Below are positions 10,038-19,645 of a stretch of 64,000 nucleotides of DNA, piece by piece. The stretch comes from an uncultured Clostridia bacterium. Its GTDB lineage: Bacteria > Bacillota > Clostridia > TANB77 > CAG-508. Each line of letters begins with the position of its first letter. Position 1 is the stretch's first letter. The stretch is taken from the NCBI GenBank assembly GCA_904387305.1, contig CAJFLB010000002.1, forward strand, positions 14,761-78,760, in the 5' to 3' direction. A program made the translations under genes and the position numbers. The notes beneath the pieces were generated by a model that did no database searches, was not told the DNA's origin, and worked only from the letters and a program-made list of their open reading frames with translations.

Positions 10038-12026
10038 CTATCTATCTTGTTTTCTTTTTGCTAATTTATTTAAATTTGTTTCTACAAATTCAAATTCTTT
10101 TCTCGTTGGTACAATTTTTAATATAGCTGTATCTGATCCAACTTTTAGTAGCCCTTCACCTTTTTGACATGTAACTAAAAATCCTGCTTCTCCTTCTGAT
10201 AATTTGAATACTTCTTTCAAATATTGAATTTCTGATTTGTCTTGTGCCAAGAATAATTTTGTATCTGATGATGTTAAAACAGCTTGTGCTTCTGGTTTCT
10301 CATAAAAATCTTGGAATCTTTGAGAAATAATCGCTAAAGATACATTTCTTTTTCTAGCACGTCTAGCCATTTTATTTAAAAAGTCTACAGCTTCTGGGTA
10401 TGGAAGTAACATCCATGCCTCATCTACCAAAACTCTTTTTTGCGTAGCTTTTCTTCTGTCTTCACTATTTTTCTTAACAAATTTTTCCCAAATCCATGAA
10501 AGCAAAATTTGTTGTGCAAGTGGTCTTGCAAATCTTTCCTCTAATTGTGATATGTCCAAATTAATAAATGGTGCTCCCTCTAGTAAATCAAATGTAGATT
10601 GTCCATCAAAATATGCCATTTGTCCATCATATTCCCTTACATATTGTCTCATAACTTTTAACAAATAACTATAATGGAATTGATAGTCTGGGTTTTTATT
10701 GTCTCTAGCTTTTTCTTGAATTCTTTTATACCAACTACCAATTGTTGGCATTTCTTTTTTCTCTTTTTCGAATAAATTGTCTCCTCGTAATCCCATATTG
10801 GCTGTTTTGTATAAACTGTTAGGATTATTCGTAATTCCTAAACTTGCATATTCTTCTGCTACTGATTCAGCAATGATCTGTTTTGTTAGCTCATTTACTT
10901 CTGTACTTCTTGTACTTCCTTTTGCCATTGTAAGTAAAGCTTGCGTAACGTCTTCTACTTTATTTTCAATATTTAAGACTGTTCTTTCTTTTCCTGTAAT
11001 TTCGTCTTTCACTCTTTCCACTTCTACATCAAATAGATTGATAACCGTTTGAGAATTTGGACTAATCACAACATTGATTCCACCTAAACTTTCAGCAACA
11101 ATGGTATACTCACCTTCTGCATCAAGTGCTAAACTTTCTATTCCCATCAATACAGATGATCTAGATACTAATGTTTTCATTGTAACAGATTTTCCAGCAC
11201 CAGATTTAGCAAATATAACCATATTATAGTTTGTCAATGATGGATGGAAATTATCAAATAATATTGGTGTTCCTGTCTGTTTATTAAATCCGATAGGAAC
11301 TCCAGTTTCATGACCTACTTCAGAAGTTGTAAATGGAAATACAGTTCCCATTGAATTTCTGTCGAAAGTATGTAATTTTTTTACCTTATCTTCCATTAAT
11401 GGTAAATTTGATTGGAATGCTTCTTCTTGTATTCCCCATGCTGTTTTTATATTTACTAGTGTTTTTGACATCTCAGAAGTTAACATTTTCGTGTCTCTAT
11501 CTAAATCATCTAAATTGTATGCAAAAAGTGTTGCTATAATAGATGCTTCATATAATTTATTAAATCCTGCTGCAATTTCGTCTCTCAATTGTTCAGCTTC
11601 TAATCTTTTTTGTGTAATTGTACTCTCTCTATTGATGTTTCCTTTGTCCATAGCTACAATTCTTTCTGTTTCCAATTCATTAATAACTCTATTTAATTCA
11701 TTCTGTGATCTTTCTTCTTTTATTGGATTAATAAATATAGATGTGTTAATATCTCCAAAAAGATATAAATCTCTAAATAATTCTGGGAAAGTACACATTC
11801 TTGGCAATTGTGAAACAAAAAAACTTCTAGCATATCTTTTAGTATTTGATATAATTTCTAAATGATCTATATTACTAGCATCAATTCCTGATGGTGCTAT
11901 TAATTCTTTGATTGTTTTCTTTCTTAAGAAACTAACCTTTTCTTTCTGTATTGGTTCTTCTTTAACAGTTTCTTTCTTTTTACCAAACATTTTCTTTCCT
12001 CCTTTATTTAGCTTTTTTCTTATCAA
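10038..12026 (-). CDS. VirB4-family conjugative transfer ATPase (PrgJ/TrsE/TcpF-like).
   Basis: 662 aa. Walker A IFAKSGAGKSVTMKTL. Walker B-like VLVDEAWMLL. N-terminal YARSFFVSQLPR...INTSIFINP region typical of Gram-positive VirB4 proteins. Paralogous to the ORF at 35660..37378 (shared ...SGAGKS...IDPEREY/LDAEGEY block). Confidence 0.8.
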   Translation of the reverse strand: MIRKKLNKGGKKMFGKKKETVKEEPIQKEKVSFLRKKTIKELIAPSGIDASNIDHLEIISNTKRYARSFFVSQLPRMCTFPELFRDLYLFGDINTSIFINPIKEERSQNELNRVINELETERIVAMDKGNINRESTITQKRLEAEQLRDEIAAGFNKLYEASIIATLFAYNLDDLDRDTKMLTSEMSKTLVNIKTAWGIQEEAFQSNLPLMEDKVKKLHTFDRNSMGTVFPFTTSEVGHETGVPIGFNKQTGTPILFDNFHPSLTNYNMVIFAKSGAGKSVTMKTLVSRSSVLMGIESLALDAEGEYTIVAESLGGINVVISPNSQTVINLFDVEVERVKDEITGKERTVLNIENKVEDVTQALLTMAKGSTRSTEVNELTKQIIAESVAEEYASLGITNNPNSLYKTANMGLRGDNLFEKEKKEMPTIGSWYKRIQEKARDNKNPDYQFHYSYLLKVMRQYVREYDGQMAYFDGQSTFDLLEGAPFINLDISQLEERFARPLAQQILLSWIWEKFVKKNSEDRRKATQKRVLVDEAWMLLPYPEAVDFLNKMARRARKRNVSLAIISQRFQDFYEKPEAQAVLTSSDTKLFLAQDKSEIQYLKEVFKLSEGEAGFLVTCQKGEGLLKVGSDTAILKIVPTRKEFEFVETNLNKLAKRKQDR

Positions 12027-13164
12027 TTATTTTTTTAGCGTCTTTCACCACATCTTCTCCTAATATTTGTTCATTCTCATCTAATAAGTCTTTGGCCATT
12101 TCATTAATCAACTGATTCATTCTTTCTTCCCTTTGTTTTGCTCTTCTTACTTTATCTTGATTCATCATAGCTTCTACCGCTGCATCATTTGCTGTTATAT
12201 TTGCTTGTGTACTAATTTCTGCATCTATTTCTTCCATTCTTTTATCTAATACATTTTTAGCTGTTGAATATAATTCATCAACACCAGCTTTTAATGCATT
12301 ATCTAATTGATATGTTTCTGATTCATCTCTGTTATATGCTATATAAAGTAACTCAGCTAATTCTTCGCTATCTAGCACTTTTCCTGCTACATCACACACC
12401 CCTAAAGAACTTATCAGTGCTTGTGCTTTTGTATATAAATCAGAAAAAGCCATACTTTTTATTTCTTCTGCATCATATCCTGCATTAGTATTTTCTTCTG
12501 GAACATGTGATAAAACAACATAATAGTGTTTTTTCAATATGTTCTTATTCAAATTCATTTTTTCAGTATTATTAACAATGTCTAATCCATATTCATACAA
12601 GTTCTGCGCTTTTACTAATTCAAATCTAGCATTGTTTATTTCCCTAGCTGTATATTCGTCTGTATTTATCATTGAATTATATTCCATTTGTTTTCTCATA
12701 TATTCATTTCTGATGCTATTTACTCTAGTTTTGTATCTGTTGATACTGCTTCCTAAATTAACAGTTCTTGTTTGAATATATAATTGTATTGGATATCTTA
12801 AAGTATTTAAGAATTGTAAGAAGCCTTGCTCAACACTATTTTTCTCTAATCCAGACATCAAATCATAGTTAACTCCTTGACATTCAATTACCATGATGTA
12901 TTGTCTTCCATTTTTTCTAACAATCATATTATCTTCAATTTTATCAAATTCCATAAAACTAAAAATCGAATTTTTCGTATATTCAATATCTTTTTTTACA
13001 TTTTTATTCTCTTCTGGCATCTTATTATTTCCTATACGATCTGATTTACTTTGACTTTTCTCTTTAAACATTAAGACAAGAAGTACAATTAGTAATACAA
13101 AAAACACACTTACTAATACGACTAAACTAATTGTCAAAAAGTTGCTTATTTGATTATCACCCAT
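12004..13164 (-). CDS. N-terminally membrane-anchored coiled-coil protein of the T4SS operon. One segment weakly resembles the N-terminal domain of Tn916-ORF16-type VirB4 proteins.
   Basis: 386 aa. TM at residues ~12-34. Segment YIMVIECQGVNYDLMSGLEKNSVEQGFLQFLNTLRYPIQLYIQ resembles YIKILEVTPINYNLKSDLEKEAILNSFKIFFRTCQFDIQILIQ of the ORF at 34962. Confidence 0.4.
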   Translation of the reverse strand: MGDNQISNFLTISLVVLVSVFFVLLIVLLVLMFKEKSQSKSDRIGNNKMPEENKNVKKDIEYTKNSIFSFMEFDKIEDNMIVRKNGRQYIMVIECQGVNYDLMSGLEKNSVEQGFLQFLNTLRYPIQLYIQTRTVNLGSSINRYKTRVNSIRNEYMRKQMEYNSMINTDEYTAREINNARFELVKAQNLYEYGLDIVNNTEKMNLNKNILKKHYYVVLSHVPEENTNAGYDAEEIKSMAFSDLYTKAQALISSLGVCDVAGKVLDSEELAELLYIAYNRDESETYQLDNALKAGVDELYSTAKNVLDKRMEEIDAEISTQANITANDAAVEAMMNQDKVRRAKQREERMNQLINEMAKDLLDENEQILGEDVVKDAKKIIDKKKAK

Positions 13165-13516
13165 GATTCATGTCCTCCTCTTTCCAAATATACACTCTAT
13201 TTTTTTTCCTTTTAAAATTTATCCATCTTTTCGCAACATCATCTATATTTTCTCCACCAGTTTTTCTTGCAAACTCAAATTTTTTATTATCTGGAATCTT
13301 AAATGTTCCTATGCAAAATCCAATTGCTCCAAAAATAACATCTACGATAATTCCCGCAAATTGCATTCCCAAAGCATTTAGTATAAAATAAAATAATAAA
13401 CCTACTCCCATACCGACCATTGTATAAATTAAAGCCTTTGTAGAAAAGACATATAATATTCTACTTTCTCCTTTATAATTTCTAGGTATTTCATATGTTT
13501 TCATTTGTTTTCTCAC
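13157..13516 (-). CDS. PrgI/VirB3-like small membrane protein.
   Basis: 119 aa. Two adjacent TM helices (YTMVGMGVGLLFYFILNALGMQFAGIIVDVIFGAIGFCIG). Located just upstream of the VirB4-like gene, as PrgI-family genes are. Confidence 0.5.
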   Translation of the reverse strand: MRKQMKTYEIPRNYKGESRILYVFSTKALIYTMVGMGVGLLFYFILNALGMQFAGIIVDVIFGAIGFCIGTFKIPDNKKFEFARKTGGENIDDVAKRWINFKRKKNRVYIWKEEDMNHG

Positions 13517-13669
13517 TCCTTTTTATCCATTTCCACTTATATATAATTATAACATAAAATCCCCCTAAAAGTACATATATATACAAAAAAAAACAATTTT
13601 AATTATATTGTAATTGATATGTAATCCTTTTGTAATATTTATTCTGTTTTATGTAACTGTGGGAGACAA

Positions 13670-13715
13670 AAAATAGAACTTGGTTTTCGAAATAAACCAA
13701 GTTCTATTTTTATAT
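13670..13715 (-). terminator. Rho-independent terminator after the pilin-like gene array.
   Basis: Hairpin atagaacttggtt-tcgaaataa-accaagttctat flanked by T/A runs. Confidence 0.55.
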
Positions 13716-13727
13716 TTCTTACTTTCA

Positions 13728-14084
13728 TTAAACACCTAGATTAGATGTAAAGTTGAATACAAATGTTGCAATTGTTGAAGCCGCAAATACAAATGCTGCA
13801 CCAATGATGTATGGTAATAATGTCTTTTTGTATTCTGCTTTTTCTTCAGCACTACCCATCATGTATTTTATACCTAAAACAACCAAAACAATAACTGATG
13901 CAATAGAACCAATAGTACTTACAATTTGAATAATTTGGTTACCCACAGTATTAATTGCTGTAACAGATGCTCCTCCTCCAGTATATGTAGTTGGTGAAAT
14001 TCCTGATGACGCTGCGTTAACAGTCACTGTTAATGCTAACAATAATATCATTGCAACTAATAATATTTTTACCGTTTTTTTCAT
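13728..14084 (-). CDS. VirB2/TrbC-like pilin-family protein, tandem paralog 1. Signal peptide, hydrophobic helix, charged loop, hydrophobic helix.
   Basis: 118 aa. Conserved core IVSTIGSIASVIVLVVLGIKYMMGSAEEKAEYKKTLLPYIIGAAFVFAASTIATFV shared with the next three genes. Confidence 0.5.
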   Translation of the reverse strand: MKKTVKILLVAMILLLALTVTVNAASSGISPTTYTGGGASVTAINTVGNQIIQIVSTIGSIASVIVLVVLGIKYMMGSAEEKAEYKKTLLPYIIGAAFVFAASTIATFVFNFTSNLGV

Positions 14085-14161
14085 AGTTCTTCCTCCTTTT
14101 ATTTATATTCCTTTTGTATTTTAGGATTTGTATATTTTCCCTTTATTTCATTATAGCACTT

Positions 14162-14521
14162 TTATAAATTTATTGCAACATTATATACAATTGTTGCAAT
14201 TGTTGAAGCTGCAAATATAAATGCCGCTCCTATAATGAAAGGTAATAATGTCTTTTTATAACTTGCCTTTTCTTCAACGCTTCCTAACATATACTTTATT
14301 CCTAAAACAATAATAACAATTACAGACAATATGGATCCCACAGTGCTTACGATTTGTACAATTTTGTTACCAGCTGTCGAAACATCTGATGTTCCTGTCG
14401 TATCTCCTGTAAGTCTTTCAATCGTAAGTGCTGCATTTACATCATTGGGCAACCATATTGATATTATAACACTAATTAATATGATGCTTATCATTATTTT
14501 TAAAAATTTTTTTAATTTCAT
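14162..14521 (-). CDS. VirB2/TrbC-like pilin-family protein, tandem paralog 2.
   Basis: 119 aa. Same two-helix core (GIKYMLGSVEEKASYKKTLLPFIIGAAFIFAASTIATIV). Divergent post-signal N-terminal region. Confidence 0.5.
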   Translation of the reverse strand: MKLKKFLKIMISIILISVIISIWLPNDVNAALTIERLTGDTTGTSDVSTAGNKIVQIVSTVGSILSVIVIIVLGIKYMLGSVEEKASYKKTLLPFIIGAAFIFAASTIATIVYNVAINL

Positions 14522-14532
14522 CTATCTACTCC

Positions 14533-14916
14533 TTATTGAATTATATTTATAACTAATTTCCAGATTGAAAAAGCTCCAAATACAACTATACAGGATACAA
14601 TATAGGCTGGTAATGTTTGTTTTATATCTGCTTTCTCTTCTGAAGTTGCTAGCATATATTTAATTCCTAAAACCATTCCTATAATAACAGCCATAATCAT
14701 GCTAATTCCTAATAATATATTATATAAAAGATCAGATGTATCACCTAGTGTCGTATCATCTATTGTTGCATTAACTCCATCTTGTCCTCCTCCTATATCT
14801 AAAAAATTGTCAGCTCCTGCAAATATTTCATCAATTGATAAAGCTTGTACATTTGTTGGATATATTACTATAAGAAATAGAGTTAAGATACATACAAAAA
14901 TTATGATTTTTTTCAT
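14533..14916 (-). CDS. VirB2/TrbC-like pilin-family protein, tandem paralog 3. The most divergent.
   Basis: 127 aa. Signal peptide, acidic Asp/Gly/Thr-rich variable region, then the GIKYMLATSEEKADIKQTLPAYIVSCIVVFGAF core. Confidence 0.45.
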   Translation of the reverse strand: MKKIIIFVCILTLFLIVIYPTNVQALSIDEIFAGADNFLDIGGGQDGVNATIDDTTLGDTSDLLYNILLGISMIMAVIIGMVLGIKYMLATSEEKADIKQTLPAYIVSCIVVFGAFSIWKLVINIIQ

Positions 14917-14939
14917 ATATTTCCTCCTTCCATTTCTTT

Positions 14940-15335
14940 CTAAAATCCTAATACAATACTTTGAACAATTCCTAAAAGATTTGTTATTCCAAATAACATA
15001 ATTGCTCCAATTAAATATGGTTTTAATGTTTGTTTATATTCTGCTTTTTCTTCTACACTACCCATTACATATTTTATACCAATAAGAATAAGTGCAACAA
15101 CAGAACTAATAGACCCTATAACTTGTACTATTCCAATAATGTCATTTCCTATTTCCTCCAATCTTGTCGCTCCACTTACACTACTAGTTGAGGTTGGTTT
15201 ATACTCTTCTGGGTTAAATGTTTTTTCTTCCGTTCCTTCACCCATATTTTGAGCTTGTACTGTTTGACTAACAGTAAGAAGGCATATTATAAAAATAATA
15301 CAAATGATAACAATTTTCTTTTTATCTATTTTCAT
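14940..15335 (-). CDS. VirB2/TrbC-like pilin-family protein, tandem paralog 4.
   Basis: 131 aa. Core GIKYVMGSVEEKAEYKQTLKPYLIGAIMLFGITNLLG. Longer Glu/Thr/Ser-rich variable region. Confidence 0.5.
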   Translation of the reverse strand: MKIDKKKIVIICIIFIICLLTVSQTVQAQNMGEGTEEKTFNPEEYKPTSTSSVSGATRLEEIGNDIIGIVQVIGSISSVVALILIGIKYVMGSVEEKAEYKQTLKPYLIGAIMLFGITNLLGIVQSIVLGF

Positions 15336-15534
15336 TTCAACACCTTCCTTTCAAATAATTCATTTTTATTTCTTTTTTACTGTTTAATTTAATTATACTC
15401 TATTTCTTATAAATTATCAAGATATTTTGCTGTAAATCTCTTTTATCTTAATATAAAAAAAGATTTTTGTAAATACATATTTGTCGAATTTTAACAAAAA
15501 AATAATATAAAGTAACAATACTTTATATTATCTT

Positions 15535-15624
15535 TGGCGGAGATGAGAGGGTTCGAACCTCCGCGCCCCTTTCGGGACCTAACTGTTTAGCAAACAGTCC
15601 CCTTCACCACTTGGGTACATCTCC
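15535..15624 (-). tRNA. tRNA-Ser (anticodon GCT). Long variable arm. CCA encoded.
   Basis: Reverse complement folds as a cloverleaf: GGAGATG acceptor, anticodon loop TTGCTAA, T-arm GGTTCGAACC. Confidence 0.85.
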
Positions 15625-15684
15625 ATATAAATTTATTTATAAATAAAAGTTAGATATTATGATATTATCTAACTCTTATGTTAT

Positions 15685-15776
<92 letters not shown>

Positions 15777-15863
15777 ATGTCTCAAGGACATTTCTTATCT
15801 TAACATATTTTTTAGGATTTTGTCAATACTTATTTTAATTTATTATAAATTATTTTTCACCAA

Positions 15864-17333
15864 TTATTCATATATTTCAAAACCTGCTATTTCACCAACA
15901 TATTTTTTTGTATTTTTTACATGTTCTTTTACCTTTTCACTTTCTTGGTAAATACTTTCATCTTCGTTTTTATAAATTAAAAATTGGACATTTTTCATAT
16001 TATCTACTTTTTCTATTAATCCATCTTCTCCTTCAATACCAAGATTTCCTTTAAAAGGTAAATCAAAATCACCATTATTTCTTTTTAATGGTACCATATA
16101 TAATGCTGCCCTATTAGAAAATACAATTACGTTTTTTTCATTTTCTTCTATATATTTCACAACTTTTTCATTTTCTTCATATTCTTCTCTTCCTAGCATG
16201 CCACCAAAAAAAGGATATTCCCATGAATAAGGATAATCATTATTTGTTATGGATTTAACCCAAACATTCAAATTGTAGCAAGAAAAAATAATCATAGCAA
16301 AAATAATAACTCCATTGACCACTTTTAATATTTTCGTTATTCCTTCTTTAAAATCTTCAAATACTAGATATACCATATATACTACATTTATGATCATCAA
16401 ATATGTTCCAATTATAATATGTGTCCAATTGAAAATCGGATAACATACAATGGAAAGCATGATCGAAAATATTAGCAATATTTTTATGTTCTCTATTTGC
16501 TTTTCTGTTAAAAAATTCTTTTTTATAAAAAATATACTCATTCCTATATTAATAGTTATAATACCTATCATAAATACAATAGCAGAGGACTCAAAATTTA
16601 GATTTTCATTTGCAAATTCTAATATACCACCTAAAGTGTAATTAAAAAAGTTATATAAATTATTATCCATTATTAGATATAAGACAAATATGATTCCACC
16701 TAGTAAAACAACACCTATATATTTAAATATTTCTATTAGCTTATTTTTAATATCTTTTTTTGAAATACTTAAATATATTATACTCCCTAATAGATAATAT
16801 ATCCCTATATTTTGCTTAGTTAATATGATTAAAATTGTTATAATAGATTGAATAAGTATATTCTTCCTCGTTTTTTCATTTATCAGATAATATGTACCTA
16901 TTACAAAAAACAACAAAGCCATATTATTATAATTAAAACTTGTTCTAATCATTAAAAAGAATTCTTGTAAGCATATCACTAATACTGCTAACAAGGAAAG
17001 TGTTTTGGGTATCTTCAACTTTTTTAGAATTTTATAAGTCATTAAAAATAATATGGACATGAAAGCACAATGACTAATTCTAAAAATGCATAAATTTGCT
17101 CCTAGCAAATGAAATATTCCTTCAGCTATCCAAAAAAATAATGGTGTTATAATGACATTTATCTCTTCATATATTTTAAATCCATTATACATTTTATATA
17201 CATTTTGAAAATTCCATATTTCATCATTTGATTCTAAATAAATATTTAAACTAATTCCTAAAGAAATAAGAAAAAATAATATAAAAACTGCTATATTATC
17301 TTTCCTTTTTATTTTTTCAATTATATTTTTCAT
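15864..17333 (-). CDS. Polytopic membrane protein, probable GT-C fold glycosyltransferase (ArnT/PMT-like).
   Basis: 489 aa. About 12 TM helices. DE motif in the first extracytoplasmic loop (ESNDEIW). 4-nt overlap with the upstream DUF4446 gene. Confidence 0.4.
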   Translation of the reverse strand: MKNIIEKIKRKDNIAVFILFFLISLGISLNIYLESNDEIWNFQNVYKMYNGFKIYEEINVIITPLFFWIAEGIFHLLGANLCIFRISHCAFMSILFLMTYKILKKLKIPKTLSLLAVLVICLQEFFLMIRTSFNYNNMALLFFVIGTYYLINEKTRKNILIQSIITILIILTKQNIGIYYLLGSIIYLSISKKDIKNKLIEIFKYIGVVLLGGIIFVLYLIMDNNLYNFFNYTLGGILEFANENLNFESSAIVFMIGIITINIGMSIFFIKKNFLTEKQIENIKILLIFSIMLSIVCYPIFNWTHIIIGTYLMIINVVYMVYLVFEDFKEGITKILKVVNGVIIFAMIIFSCYNLNVWVKSITNNDYPYSWEYPFFGGMLGREEYEENEKVVKYIEENEKNVIVFSNRAALYMVPLKRNNGDFDLPFKGNLGIEGEDGLIEKVDNMKNVQFLIYKNEDESIYQESEKVKEHVKNTKKYVGEIAGFEIYE

Positions 17334-17851
17334 TGTTCCCTAACCTTATATACTTGTTTATTTTCTATTGCTTTTTGTATTGCTTCTTGTTCTTCCTCTG
17401 AAATCGTATATTTTGATTTTCCATTTTCTACAGGTTTTGCATATATATTAGACATTTCTCTAGAATAAATACCATTTAGAACTACACCATTATTTTTTTC
17501 GTCTAACATTGCAAGTGCAAAGCTTAAATCACTTCCTGTATCTTTAAATGCATTATATCTTACAATTCCTATCTTTTGTATACAAGTATCCATATTCGCA
17601 TCTATCGCATCTACCAAATTTTTGATTTCTGCATTTTGCTTTTCTACTCTTTCTACTCTATACATGTAATTTTCTAAATCTTCTTCTATATTTTCTCCAT
17701 TTCCTAATTTTTTCAAAAAGGTTTTATAATGTTTATTTATAGAATGAAGTCTTGCTAACATGATAAAAAATCCTATAAAAAGAATACATAATACAATACC
17801 ATTTATTATTAGAAAAGTATCTATCTTTAAAAATTCTAATATTGCCTCCAT
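17330..17851 (-). CDS. DUF4446-like membrane-anchored protein typically encoded downstream of parB in Clostridia.
   Basis: 173 aa. N-terminal TM then a coiled-coil soluble domain. Position immediately after parB. Confidence 0.5.
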   Translation of the reverse strand: MEAILEFLKIDTFLIINGIVLCILFIGFFIMLARLHSINKHYKTFLKKLGNGENIEEDLENYMYRVERVEKQNAEIKNLVDAIDANMDTCIQKIGIVRYNAFKDTGSDLSFALAMLDEKNNGVVLNGIYSREMSNIYAKPVENGKSKYTISEEEQEAIQKAIENKQVYKVREQ

Positions 17852-17865
17852 TCAATCACCTTCCT

Positions 17866-18705
17866 TTATTTTATTAAATTTAATATCCTTTCTAAATCAT
17901 CATTAGAAGTATATTCTATGATAATTTTTCCCCTTCTTTTCCCTGCATCTAATCTTACTTTAGAGCCAAAGAAGCTTTGGAAATTATCTTCTATACTTTT
18001 ATATAATATGTGATTTCTATCTAACTCCTCTTTTGTTTCTTTTACTCTTGCTTTTTTCTCAACTTGTCTTACAGTTGCCCCTCTTTCTAGCATTTGTATA
18101 GCTGTTTTATATTGTTTTTCTGGGTCTGTAATCGCAAGTAATGCTTTGCAATGTCCTTCTGTTAATTTTCCCTCTTTTGCCATTTCTAATACTCTAGGTT
18201 CTAGATTTAAAATTCTAACGATATTGGCAATCGTACTTCTTCCTTTTCCTAACTTTTTAGCTACTTCTTCTTGTGATAATCCATAATTATCAATCAAAGT
18301 TCTAACACCTAAAGCTTTTTCATAAGGATTTAAATCTTCTCTTTGCATATTTTCTATTAATGAAATTTCAGAATTAATTCTCTCATTATCTTCTCTTATA
18401 ATTGCTGGAATTTCTGTTAATCCGGCTATTTTAGATGCTCTCCATCTTCTTTCCCCTGCAACAATTCCATAATATCCATCTTTTTTTGTTACAACGATTG
18501 GTTGTATTAATCCATATTCTTTTATGGATTCTGCTAATTCCTCTAAAGCTTCTTGGTCAAAATTCTTTCTTGGTTGATCTCTATTAGGCTCCACTTCTGT
18601 TACCTTTAAATTTTTTAATATATCATTTTCTTGCATTTGTTCTTCTTCTGGTGCTGGTCCGAATAAAGCATCTAATCCTTTTCCTAACCCTGACATCTTA
18701 GCCAT
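17866..18705 (-). CDS. parB: Chromosome partitioning protein ParB/Spo0J.
   Basis: 279 aa. ParB box motifs GLIQPIVV...GERRWRA. HTH. Downstream of parA. Confidence 0.85.
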   Translation of the reverse strand: MAKMSGLGKGLDALFGPAPEEEQMQENDILKNLKVTEVEPNRDQPRKNFDQEALEELAESIKEYGLIQPIVVTKKDGYYGIVAGERRWRASKIAGLTEIPAIIREDNERINSEISLIENMQREDLNPYEKALGVRTLIDNYGLSQEEVAKKLGKGRSTIANIVRILNLEPRVLEMAKEGKLTEGHCKALLAITDPEKQYKTAIQMLERGATVRQVEKKARVKETKEELDRNHILYKSIEDNFQSFFGSKVRLDAGKRRGKIIIEYTSNDDLERILNLIK

Positions 18706-18720
18706 GTATATCTCCTCCTT

Positions 18721-19509
18721 TTATATCATATGTTTTGCTTTTTTCTCTTCTTCATTCATTTTTAAAAACTCTTTTGCAAATTTTATATATGCTTTTGCGC
18801 CTTTAGATCTAGGATCATATTCTGTAATAGGCATTCCATAACTTGGAGCCTCACTTAATCTTACATTTCTTGGTATAACTGTTTTATATACTTTATCATT
18901 AAAATATTTTTTTACTTCTTTTACAACTTGATTTGATAAATTGGTTCTTATGTCATACATTGTAAGTAAAGCACCTTCTACCATGATATTTTTATTTAAA
19001 TGTTTTTTTACTAAATTTACAGTATTTAACAGTTGTCCCAAGCCTTCTAGTGCAAAATATTCACATTGCACAGGGATTAATACACTGTCTGAAGCTGTGA
19101 AAGCATTTAATGTAATTAAACCTAATGATGGAGGACAATCTATAAAAATGTAATCGAAAACATCTTTTATTTCCTCTAACTTTTCTTTTAGTCTTTGTTC
19201 TCTTGACATCATAGATACTAACTCTACTTCTGCTCCTGCTAGATTCATGTTTGAAGGGCATAACAATAAATTTTTGATTACTGTTTTTTGAAGTGCTTGT
19301 TTTATTTCTGTATCATTTACTAAAATGTCATATGTAGAAAACTCTACCTCTTTTTCAATTCCTAAGCCACTTGTCGCATTTCCTTGAGGATCAGCATCAA
19401 TTAATAATACTTTCTTCCCTTTCTTTGCTAATATTGTGCTTAAATTAACGGTTGTCGTTGTTTTTCCAACGCCCCCTTTTTGGTTTGCAACTGATATAAC
19501 TTTTCCCAA
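18721..19509 (-). CDS. soj: Chromosome partitioning ATPase ParA/Soj.
   Basis: 262 aa. Deviant Walker A KGGVGKTTT. MinD/ParA family. TTG start. Confidence 0.85.
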   Translation of the reverse strand: MGKVISVANQKGGVGKTTTTVNLSTILAKKGKKVLLIDADPQGNATSGLGIEKEVEFSTYDILVNDTEIKQALQKTVIKNLLLCPSNMNLAGAEVELVSMMSREQRLKEKLEEIKDVFDYIFIDCPPSLGLITLNAFTASDSVLIPVQCEYFALEGLGQLLNTVNLVKKHLNKNIMVEGALLTMYDIRTNLSNQVVKEVKKYFNDKVYKTVIPRNVRLSEAPSYGMPITEYDPRSKGAKAYIKFAKEFLKMNEEEKKAKHMI

Positions 19510-19645
19510 AATCTTTCGCCTCCATTTTTAGTTAACATTTACTCTTTAGTTTGTTTGTGTTCTATAATAATCATATATAAATATAAAAAAAAAGTCAATA
19601 AAAATTCACAATTTTTTTGACTTTTTTTCTTTCATTTTTTTATTT

